Below, piece after piece: positions 53,401 through 64,000 of a stretch of DNA of 64,000 nt. Position 1 is the stretch's first letter. Each line of letters starts with the position of its first letter. The position numbers were made by a program, and so were the translations under genes. The notes beneath the pieces are model-generated. The model saw only the letters and a program-made list of their open reading frames with translations, did not search any database and was not told the origin of the DNA. The stretch comes from Catajapyx aquilonaris (Eukaryota), in assembly GCA_000934665.2 (NCBI GenBank), contig JYFJ02001660.1, forward strand, positions 1-64,000, in the 5' to 3' direction.

Positions 53401-56400
53401 TATCCTGCATATGAGATGCCCCGCTGACTCACACTCTTTGGCTTGAATTCACGAAACAGTTTTTACCAAGGTTTTTACTAGCATTTTTTCACGCTTATAG
53501 CCTCGTGCTATGAGGTCTTTAGCCTCCAAATAGTCGCAGAAGCGTGTCATCGATTGTTAAGACATTTTTCTAAGAAACTAGTGAACCCATTGCCAAAATT
53601 TGGCAATCAGTGTAACAACTTTAATGAGATGGCCCGCCGATTTACCACCTAGTGCGATTCTTCACGCATAGATGGCGCACACTTCCTCCGCACACTCATG
53701 CCACCTGTGCGATAGATAGCGATACTATGAGGTCGGACAAACATCAGACGCAGATTTTCTTACAAAAAATATTTTTTTAATTTGAAATTGTCCCATATTT
53801 TTAGACTTAAAATGATTAGAGGCATGGCAAATTCAAGCCAGGGCCTGATGGGAAGGTAAATATTTGAGTGTCTGTGTACGTGTTAGTTGGGCCGGGTTCA
53901 AACTGGTGGAAAAGACCGGCGGGTAAAAATGCGCGCGTCCCGTAATTGGCGGTGAGGTCATCGACGGCACCAGAGCAGCCCAAGAGTCCCACTTGATGTA
54001 GGTAGAAAATTCTCACCTATTGGCACCTGTCCCAAAAGCTTCATTGTGCCGTGGGGGTGTGTGTGTGTGTGAACCTTTGCTTGCATCACTAAAGTCGCCC
54101 TTCGCCAATGTGTGTGTATAAGGGTGGTAAAAAAGCCGGCTGAGGAGGAACTCCAGGAGAAGAAGAAGAAGAAGAAGAGGAAGAAAAAAGAAGAAGAGAA
54201 AAACGAAAAGAGACGGAAACCCCAGCCAATAGAGCTGGTAGGCCTATTCTTGTCCTTCTCTTCCTGTGCTGCTCAGACAAGAATGGAGCTTTGGCCCTGA
54301 ATCTTCACTTCCATGCTGCTTGTCTAGCCTGCTTTTGTCAAGACAGGTAGCAAACAACAGGCTAGGGAGACATTGTTGGGGGAAAAAAAAAATCTGAATT
54401 CAATGTTGTCCAGGAGGAAACGACACTATTAGTGGTTTACTGTAGATGGGCTGTGCTAGATTTAGTAAGGATTGTGAAGAAATTATTCAGGGATTTTCAA
54501 AGTTTTTATGGGGGATTTACTCGCTGAGAAATGTAGAGTGAAACCTGTTAAGTTGGACACCTTCATAAGCTGGACATTTTTTGCATTCTTCTGTTGAAAC
54601 AAGTGCAGTACAATTTTCACATTTACTCTGCATTTGTGGTTTCACTATGAAATCCAAGAGATTGAAATCTTAATGGTGGACACCTCCCTACGTTGGACAT
54701 TGGAACCGTCAGTGTCCAACATAGACAGGTTTTACACTATTTTATTATCTCCCACTATATCTACCAGTGAGATATAACCTATGAAATATGTGTATATTGG
54801 ACACTGAAGGTTCCAAGGAAAATGACCAACATAGGGAGGTGTCCAACATATGAGGATTTCAATCTCTCAGGTATCATAGTGCAAGCGAGAATATATGTAG
54901 AGTAAATGTGAAAATTGCATTGCACTTATCCAACAGAGAGGGAAATAAATATTAGATGTGTCCACTGTCCAACTTCCAAGATAGAGAGGTGTCCAACTTA
55001 GCAACATTATAGGGGATAGGCGTTGTGACTGTTCCAAAAATAATGTCCAACATAGGGAGGTGGCCAACTTATTAAGGTGTCCAACTGAACTGGATTCACT
55101 GTACATAATTTGTAATATGTACAGTTAATTTGTCTAAAACATGGCATAGTGTTGATGTTTATGAACTACATTTTTTACTTAAGATCTATGATATCCGGAT
55201 ACAAACTTGTAAACTGGATTTATGGAGTCGTTACCCTGCAGAATTCTGTGCCAGTGGTCCATTCAGGATTTTTGCCAATAATTAAGTGCGAATTCATTTA
55301 TTTGGCACTAGCACTTTGTGTATATCTCATCGGCCACCTGCCTCCCCGACCTCCATAGAACTTTGTAGGATGTAACGAATCGAGGACCCCCAGAACACCT
55401 GGCTTCAAAAGGCCCCGGAAGTTGGCGGTGTACCACCCTGTATTTGGGACACCATGTGTATACTACCATAGTACACACAAAAAAATGCTGTTGTTTTCTA
55501 ACTCTGCCCTATACAACACCAGCAAAAATATAGGTAAAAATGCCATAACTCGAGCATTGCGTCACTGTATCTTGAGCTGCCAAGAGAATTGGACCAATGT
55601 TTAGACAACAACCTTGTACCGGAAATGAAAATAGGATAAGTCATTAAACCCTGAGGATGATGTACGAGTATTGTTTGCTACCCAAATGTTAATTAATTTT
55701 AGTGTCGTATTCGGTATTTAATTTAAGTTGTGGTTTCTTCTCGATTTCTTCTGGTGTCCTGTGGGTTGCATCATGTTAGGATATACCGATTTTTTGGGGG
55801 GGATGGTTTGTGTCCAGTGGTGAACCCTTCCGGTGCAATACACGAACTCGAGGAAGCCTTCGTATTGTGTTCGAGGGGTGTTTGGTTGGTCCTTTGGGCG
55901 AAAGGCCAACTCGACGCCAAGGTTATCCGCACGCTCCGCACTGTCTGCAAGCACCGGGACCATTGCCAGCCCCCCACCAGGAGAGGGCGCGACTGATGAA
56001 GAAGTAGAAGAGGAAGAAGAAGAAGAAGACGAAGAAGTGGATGTGGGGTTGAGTCGGTGGTTATTTCTGTCCGGACGCGGCTCGCGGTCTGCATGGCCTC
56101 CCTCGGTACACACACCAAGAGAGAGACAGCACCAACAGGCAACAACAACTTCGATGCATTGCTGTCCTTTACCATGCTTCGTATGTGCAAAGGCCAATGG
56201 TTTCGCCTTGGAGGGCGGCTCAACATTTTCTATATACAATGGCGTGAGCATCCGAAAATAAAAACAGGGACTTTCAGCAATGGTGACATATTCTGTCACA
56301 TCATATCAGAATTCGTCACAATCCATGATCATAATTATACAGAATTCACAATCAGTGATTCAGAATCGATGGAAATGCTCCAAAAAAATTCCTTACCTTT

Positions 56401-59400
56401 AATGACTCTTATACGTAGGCATTACGTCACTAACCTTAACACCTCCAGAAGAATTCCAACAATTGTTGATAACTGCAATCGACATTGTACATCTAAAGAT
56501 AGAGAGCATGTTTAGCAGTGTCTAACCAGGAACCTAAGAGGATTGCCCTTGTTTCTTTTTCTTTTAAATTTTTTTCCCAGATTTCTTTTTTTCTTTTGGT
56601 ACAAGTGAGCTGGACTTGGCGCGAACTCACACTGGCACACTCACACTACACCTGTTGGTTTCTTTATCCATCTGCTTGGTACCCGGTAGTGATGGCCACC
56701 GTGCTAGCAGCACGCGCTAGTTTAAAAAAAAATTTAAAAAAAAGTAGAAAAGAGGCCAACAATTACTAGGAATCAGGACCGCATCCAGGAAGGTGTGAAC
56801 CACCCAATTTGCATATTTGCACTCGAAATAGTTTCACCTAGACGTCCTTAAATACTATGGTGTTTGTTTAAAAATAGTTATTTAGCTGGTATAATATAAG
56901 CAGAATAGCAGTTGACTTACTGAACAATCAAATATTTTTTTAAAAAATAAAATGGTCGTTGAACTTTAACACTGATATTTTCAATTGATTTGCAGTGACT
57001 GCACCTGTTGTGAAGGTGTCTCAGAAAGCTGGCAAGAGACGACTTCGTTTGCGATGCAAAGTCGAGCGAGGTAACCCCTCACCGCTACTCTCCTGGTACA
57101 AAGATGGTGAGCAGCTCTTTCCAGGAGGGAGGTTGCGGATCCGTAATAAAAGGTACTATATTACTCCTTTTTGGTTTTTAATTTTTAAGCAAATAATTGA
57201 GGCAATTGTGAGAGCCCACCCCCTTCAGGTCATGTGAGGTAGGCGGGGCATGCGCACTGCTTCCCTGGCTTTGGCCAGGGGAGAGTCGAGTGAGTCTGGA
57301 CGAGTCTGTACTAAGGTGGTGAGCTGGATAGGTCTAATAAACAAGTGTCTATGGAACCCAGGTGTTTTCTTGGTAGAGCTAGCACGGGGTAGGCCCCGGG
57401 GCGGACACACATTTTTAGTTAAATACTCTCATGGGGATGTGGACGAAATGTCTGTAGCTTCCGGTGTCTCAAGGTGTAACGTCCAAATTATTCTGGCATA
57501 TACGAATTGAGCCAAATTGGCATCGGTGTTACCTGGAGAGGTCTAGAACCTGAAGGCGGAAGAGATCATAAATCATTGCGATCTAACGAACATGGAACAT
57601 ATGCAAAAATAAACGGTTATGAAATCATCGAGGATAAACAATCTGTGACATGAACACTGGACGTCATTATTCCTACATGACGTCTTGTATGTCGACAGCG
57701 GTTGCCAAAATATCCCATGGATCCGTTTGTCGTTTTGGAAGCTATGAAGAGGCTATCTCCACAGAAATGATTTGTTTTTAAAGATCAGTAAAATTTTGGT
57801 TATGCCAACCACACACGCTCCGGAACTGGTTTTTTAGCTCGGTTCTTCCAATAGTAAAAAAAAATCATGCACTTGCAACCAGAAGCTTGTAAACAGAATG
57901 ATGATGTATGACTCCGAAATTTTTATTGGTACCTGCCAGAAGCGAAAGGGGGACCGCACGTGTGTATATGTCGCACTCAATTATTTTAAACGGATATTTT
58001 CTTACGCACCAATTTTTTGTGTACATGTAACGTGAACATGAGGTAACCTTAAAAAAAAAATTGCCAGGATATTACCCATTTCCGGGTTTAAACATACTTT
58101 TATAGTTTCTCCATGGTGCGAAAGTGTAATAGTGATTTTTGGTTACGTAATTTTCGGTCTGCACTTGCTTTCAATTTTTGAGTCATTTTGTCCTAATATT
58201 TCATGATTTTTAAATAGTTATTTCAGTAAACTTATATTGGTTAAGTAGCAGCTACTTTTCGTACCCGTACAATACCTTACATCATGTTAGTGTTTCGTGT
58301 ATCTGTACAGGTTGCGTTCCGTGCTGGTGATCCGGAGGTTACGTGTGACCGACAGTGGTCGCTACGAGTGTCGAGCTCTGGGTGCAGAAGGTCACCTGGC
58401 CAAGGACCACTTAGTCCTCCACTTCCAGAGAGGTCATCTGACCACGCACATCACCCCTCCTACAACTGGTGAGCTGCAGTGTTTGCGCCATGGGGCCAAT
58501 AGGTTAGAGGAAACTTCATGTGTGTTCTGTGATTCAGGAGAACAGATAAAACAGGATTCGAGTTCGAGTATACTTTTTTTTCCCTCAAATTCAAATTGGA
58601 CAACAATGACATGGAATGTTGTCAGTATAATTTCCCGTTGCAAAGGAAGCGAAGAAAAATAATATCTAAATTTCTTACCTTATAAATTTCTTACCTTATA
58701 AATTTCTTACCTTATAAATTTCTTACCTTATAAATTTCCTACCTTAGAGAACAGAGTGAACCTGGAAAATCGGAAGTTGACTAGGAAGTTGATACCTGTC
58801 CACGGACACAGCCGTTCTATAAGACTTTTTTCGATGAGAAAATGGATGAAAGCGGACATTATATAGTATATTTTAAAAATACATTAAATCTGACCATATA
58901 CCTGCTAGTTGCGCAAACACTTTTCTTAAACTTCTGCACGTGTCAGTAATTTAAGAACCAGATATGACCCTCAGTCGACCTTTTACCCATGACTTTGCCG
59001 GACTTAAAATATGGTTCCAATGATATAGATGAAGGTTCGTTGTCCAAAGACCAAGATGGAAAGAGTGCGATAATTAGAAGAAAGAAAGAAAAAAAAATGG
59101 CGTCTACCGGGTCAAGTTTCTGGCGCTTGCACAACGCCACTAGTTTAGGGGACGGTTGTGGCCTCAAGGTTAAAACATTCAGTCTTGTCTCGTCTTACCC
59201 AGCTTGAAGGCGCCAACCTGTATAAAAGACGTAAGTCACGGGGAAGTGTGTTGAACAACTGCGCAAGGGTAATCGGGAGCTGGGCCAAAAAACTCTTCGT
59301 CTTTGTCACGTCTCCTTAATCATTCGTCGTGACACCTCAGAAGAAAATAAACACCTTCCTTCCAGCAGAAATTGACATCCACAGGGTGTCCCCCATGTGT

Positions 59401-59848
59401 TCAAAAAAGGGCGGCTAGTTGATAGTTTGGCGAGTGAGCCACCCGAGGCGCTGCTGTTAAGCGCTACAGTTATCGTGACTTCTTATGAGCTCTCAAAAAT
59501 GTATAAGTGGACAATTATTTTGCTGATTGTCACGATGATTTTGTGCCCTTTTCAGCAGAGTCACCAGATGATATGTGCCACCCTGAATTCTGCCAGAACG
59601 GCGGCACTTGTACGTATTACAGAGAGCTTGGCGAGTTGGCGTGTCAGTAAGTACACCATTGTTGCAGTTACAGATAATGTACGGACTTGCATCATTTTTT
59701 TAAAAAAATGCTATTTTCTCACGTTAGATGCGCTGACGGGTACAGAGGTCATAGGTGCGATAACAAGGCCGTCGATGGAGGAAGTTCGTATGCAGCCTCC
59801 AAGACATGCTTGGTAGGCTATCTTTCCTCCCCATTCCATCCCTGCTAA
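44271..59848 (+). CDS. Vein/neuregulin-like secreted EGFR ligand (signal peptide, N-terminal NRG2-like domain, Ig domain, EGF domain)
   Basis: Exons 44271-44784 (signal peptide; ASPVVLEAEV..VIRVLKG..RYIFFL), 56996-57152 and 58311-58468 (Ig: LRCKVERGNPSP..WYKDG..DSGRYEC), 59556-59646 and about 59728-59848 (EGF: CHPEFCQNGGTC..CQCADGYRGHRC). No TM segment precedes the stop, as in Drosophila Vein. Confidence 0.88.
46482..46588. repeat. Imperfect palindrome / small foldback
   Basis: taaattaat..ttctcataacga..gaaacgta..tatatcctgctaac / gttagcaggatata cgtttc..tcgttatgagaa..attaattta. Confidence 0.75.
47089..47153. repeat. (AAT)n microsatellite
   Basis: About 20 pure aat units. Confidence 0.95.
53578..53752 (-). 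mobile_element. Non-autonomous Helitron-like element (3' end)
   Basis: The minus strand ends with the hairpin TTGCCAAATTTTGGCAA, then 8 nt, then CTAG|T. The body is shared with copies at about 60020-60207 (+) and 60268-60470 (-). Confidence 0.7.
54533..55103. mobile_element. Tc1/pogo-type MITE(s) with repeated TGTCCAAC/GTTGGACA subterminal motifs
   Basis: The left end agtgaaacctgttaagttggacaccttcataag matches the right end cttattaaggtgtccaactgaactggattcactgta as an inverted repeat. The two halves mirror each other (gagattgaaatc / gatttcaatctc). Confidence 0.7.
58667..58746. repeat. 16-bp tandem repeat x5 (TAAATTTCTTACCTTA)
   Basis: Four exact copies and one variant copy. Confidence 0.9.
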
Positions 59849-60019
59849 AAGTTGCTGCCCTGCTCGCCGCCGCTCACAACATGCAACAATATATCCACAA
59901 TCTCGTTCTGTTCCGAGCCACCAAGGATTCAAGACACTGCTCACCCATACCCAGCAACTCTGCACTGCGATTCTAGGTAAGTTACACACGCAATAAGTTG
60001 CCTCTCGATGTCTCATATT

Positions 60020-60470
60020 ACTCCTAATAGGCTTATTCTGTCTGGCGGATGTTTGTCCGAGTGTTTCGCACAGCTGGCAGGAGTGTGCATGCTCCATCTA
60101 TGCGTGAAAAATAATACTACGTGGTAAATCAGCGGGACATCTCATTAAAGTTGTTTGATTGCCACTGTCATACTGATTTTGTCAAATTTTGGCAACGGGT
60201 TCACTAGTAAGACATACGACACTTACAGAAGACTGTTCTAAAGGCAAGAGTAATCAGAAGTTGTAATTAACCCGTTGCCAACATTTATTGAGCAAAACAT
60301 ATAATCAGTGTAACAACTTTAATGAGATGGCCCGCCGATTTACCACCTAGTACGATTCCTCACGCATAGATGGCGCACATTCCCTCTGCACACTCCTGCC
60401 ACCTATGGGAGAGATCGCGATACTATCAGATCGGACAAACATCCGACGGAGAGGACAAGGCTATTAGGAG
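60020..60470. mobile_element. Two tail-to-tail copies of the Helitron-like element
   Basis: 60020-60207 ends ..ttttggcaacgggttcaCTAG|T. 60268-60470 is the inverted copy and is nearly identical to 53605-53745 over much of its length. Confidence 0.7.
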
Positions 60471-62460
60471 AAAATCATAGCGTGTATGCTGAGTTGGTTG
60501 AACTAATTAGTTAAGTACTGTGTATTTGCAGATTTGCGACGTCGCGACGGTGGATACCAACAATGGATACACGGGTGATTCCGACGGCACGACAGCCATA
60601 GCAATTGGTAAGTTTGTGCTCATATTCTTCCTGATTCTTCCAACAATGGATGTTTCTTCTCTTCAGATGGCAGCCTCGAGTGTGTGAAGTTAACGGACAG
60701 ACAGACCAGAAGAAGGTTTTAAAATTTTTTGTTGGGGGTTCGGCGGGGGTGGGGCAACCTTTAATAATCTGTGAACGGTCAACCTTCAAAAGCTGCATAC
60801 GGTAAGTCGCAATATTGTAACACGAGTCACATCGTAGGTCCTCTTTGAGTGGCAGGGGCGGTCGTAGGGTTAATTTGGCAACTGGCAAAAGTCCTTGTTT
60901 GAAAAAAAAGAAGGGGGGTTGGGATGGGGGGGGGGGTTTGTACCAAGCAAAAGTTTGCCGCCAAGCTGTCTGGACATGGTCCCAACAATACGAAACTTCC
61001 GCATTCTTAGCCGGGTGACTCGTCACTCTTGACCACGCCATTTATTTTGGCTGACATTTTTTGAACCCAATGGTTGCTGTCAACGCTTGCAGAATGAGAT
61101 CCGTAAGGGGTACAAGTCACAACACACTGACCTTTCCTCCACTCTGTACATGTGGAGAAATGTTGAAAAAATAATTCTGGCAACTTTGGTGTAAGAAAGT
61201 TGTGCATAGAGCTCAAGACGCTATTTATTGTTGAAAAAAAAAATTGGCAACTGCCCATCCCCGAGTGACGTCATTATGTCGATAGTAGGAGCAACGACCT
61301 GAGTATACGATAGACTGCTCCAACTCATAGGATAACCTAGCCTCACTGTTTAATAGTGTTATATCGTTCGACGAATATGTCACGGGGGCGAAATTGTCAC
61401 GCCGGGGGCTGAAAGTCCGGGAGCGAAACGTCGTCGGGGGCGAAAAATCCGAGACCATTAATAAAATAGCACTCTTGGTATTTATGTGAATTGCAATTGT
61501 ACGGATTTTTTTAAAATTTAAATGCGCGCGCAGCATTTTACTAGCATCATGCGCGCGCATAGCCTATTAGATGCGCGCGCAACTTCTCACACAATTTTCT
61601 TTAATTTCACAGGTTCCCTCGTTGTCCTGAGGGATCTTCCGATGACGGGACGCAGTTGATGTCTTCTCCAAATAATAAAAAAAATAACTCAAAATTTTTT
61701 TTAAACGAAAAAAGAGGAGTCCAAAAAGACAGTGCCCCGGGACCAAGATGGTGTGCAGCGTACAGTTCCTGACGGTGGTATCTCCAAGTACATTTTTTTT
61801 TTTTTCGTAATGAAGTGACGGGTGAATGAACTGCACATATTTGCGCCACATGTTTTTTAAAAATCCTCAAAAAAAAAACTATGAGCTTTAGGCACCTACT
61901 GTATTTCTCTCGATACAAATCACCTTCATTTTTTGAGTATTAACAACTTCTTCCTAGTTGAAATTCTGGGGCAAGAAAAAAATTATTGTGAGCTTCTAGT
62001 CAGCTTTGAACATCGCTATAAAAATGGAGTAGAGTTTTTTGCGAAGTATTATAGAGTGCAGTGGCGGCGTGCGATTTTTTTTTTGGGATAAACATTGTTA
62101 ATATGATGTACATTAAGTCGAAATTTACAGGGCAGCAAGAACATCCTGGGCCGGCCCCGTGGATTTCGTATATATAACGAAAAAAAAAATCACCAAACCA
62201 AAAATTTGTAGCCCTGGTCAGTCTCTTTTTTTAAAAATATTAATTTTTAGTTTTGTACTTAAGCTTCCATCGTGCCGATTTTTTTCCCTCCAAAAACGTA
62301 CGATCGACTGATGTTGATGAAAACATTTTAAAAAAATAACGAAAAAAAAAGACGAACGTGGAAGGAGTGTGAATCATTCCTTTCTCGACTTCATTTTTTT
62401 TTTTTTATGTAAATCTACTTAAAGACATACACACATTATACACAGCACATACACACACAC

Positions 62461-62797
62461 TCTTGTCTTGACTAAGGCGTGGGGACGGACATTGATCACT
62501 TTTCACTGCGAGTGTAAACTGATCTAACCTAACCTAACCTAACCTAACCTAACCTACCCTACCTAACCTACCCTACCCTAAGTAACCTAGGCTGAGAAAA
62601 ATGGACTTTTGTGAAACCCTACAAATGAAAATAGTGGGGACATGTCCCCACTAATTTACACATGTCCCCACTGTAATGGTACACTTCGCGTGTGTGAGAC
62701 TGTGGGGACCGACAAATGTCCCCACAATTGGAACTGGTCCCCACAGCTACAGTAAAACCACAGACTTCCGTCCCCAGACCTTAGTCAAGACCTGATC
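62461..62797. mobile_element. TIR element inserted in (CA)n and carrying an internal (CTAAC)n tract
   Basis: 25-bp TIRs gtcttgactaaggcgtggggacgga / tccgtccccagaccttagtcaagac. There are repeated gtccccac/gtggggac motifs, (CCTAA)n at 62524-62590, and CA runs on both flanks. Confidence 0.8.
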
Positions 62798-64000
62798 ACA
62801 CACACACGAAACACATGTACAGCAAGAAAGAAAAGTAAGCCCAAAGGTTAGTGTAGAGCACAGTACAATATTTATTTTTAATTATTATTTGTAACATATT
62901 TATTGTAAATTTTATGAGCGAAAAAATGACAACAGCCAAACTTATCCACCTCTAATTAGACTTTTTTTTTTTTTTGAAATAATTCTTCATCATCACATTG
63001 GAATAAAGACAGTTGGACATTTCAAAATTAACATCAACATATGTGATTTAACTCGATTCGCAAAAAGAATGGTGCAATTGACTGCGCCTTTTTGTGAATC
63101 CAGCCTTATATTACAAAATGGGATATTTTTAGTAACAATATGAAAATGAGCAGTACTTAAATGTTTTCAAACTGATCACAAGAATTGCATTATTTTTGTC
63201 AACACCATTTGTTATTGGTCCATATCCCATTTTGTATATGTCCACTCTTTGTTCTCCCCAATTTTTTCCAGAATATAATTTTTTCTTCTCCATCTTTTCC
63301 CAAAGCTATTCCTGAGCTAGTTCTTCTATACACTTGCAGCAGGCCTTAAATCTTGTTAAGTCTGGCAGTAAATCTGCCTCTCACTTGCATATGACCCGGT
63401 GGCTCGTCACCTTGGCCAATCCGAGACGCAGTTCGGGAAAGGGCTATTAAAATCACATTTTGGTCCGGCTGCACTTAAAAACGATCGTCTCTTCTCTCTC
63501 CTCCACAGATGAGTTAAAACGGAGGCTCATTTCGGTTTCTCATGACACATGAGACGATGCTTGCTTTGCTTTTCTTCTTCCACGTGCAAGAAGTTGCATA
63601 ATGCGGATACTAATATTTATAGACTAGGTCATGCGTGGAGAAGATGAGTGTTATGTACTTTGCGAGAACTTGCAGCAAGCCGGGTTCAATTACATTGAAG
63701 GGTAAATGGTCTGGAGGATTTGAAAAAACCTGATTTCGGGTGGTGCAAATGCTCCATGTGATCATATTGTCCCAGGGAGGTGTCTAATGGGGGTGTAGTA
63801 GATAACACAGCCAGTAGTGCTTCATTATTGTACCATTCAAAGTGTGCTGGGGAATGAGGAAGGTGCTGGAAGAAGGCATTGATGACAGGTAGGACAAGAC
63901 AGTAAGCTTAAGAATTATTGTTGGGGCAACAGTATTGTACATCAATAATAAGTAATTATGACTGGGTGTCCACTTCAAAGAGGAACTTGAGGTGTTTAAC

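Noticed and set aside
55718..56299. 193-aa minus-strand ORF as a nested gene
   Set aside because: It is driven by a (GAA/TTC) low-complexity tract that is open in several frames, with no domain signature.
62524..62590. True telomere or chromosome end
   Set aside because: The tract is short, degenerate and enclosed within transposon-like TIRs.

Overview
Intron-rich eukaryotic DNA, almost certainly from an arthropod (SmydA-type SET/MYND gene, vein-like ligand, DRE motifs, TTAGG-type repeats). No prokaryotic features, rRNA, tRNA or CRISPR arrays were seen. Splicing by hand (GT-AG, phase-checked) gives twelve protein-coding genes. In order: FUT10/11-type fucosyltransferase (-), a C2H2 zinc-finger gene (+), a QPD C-type lectin (-), SMSr/SAMD8 (-), PCNA (+), an ELOVL elongase (-), a 174-aa SRPBCC/polyketide-cyclase-fold gene that is split across exons and invisible in the ORF track (+), a SmydA-type SET-MYND gene (-), a WD40 protein (+), two tandem ACSF3 malonyl-CoA synthetase paralogs (+), and a vein/neuregulin-like Ig+EGF ligand (+). 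Non-coding DNA carries many small non-autonomous elements (piggyBac-like, Tc1/pogo-like, Helitron-like, foldbacks), a 20-bp minisatellite with a 100-bp higher-order unit, and microsatellites. The most interesting candidate system is the co-location of an elongase, a bacterial-looking SRPBCC protein and duplicated malonyl-CoA synthetases, with SMSr nearby. It could be a lipid-biosynthetic cluster, but that is inference only. All gene models are manual and unverified by transcripts.
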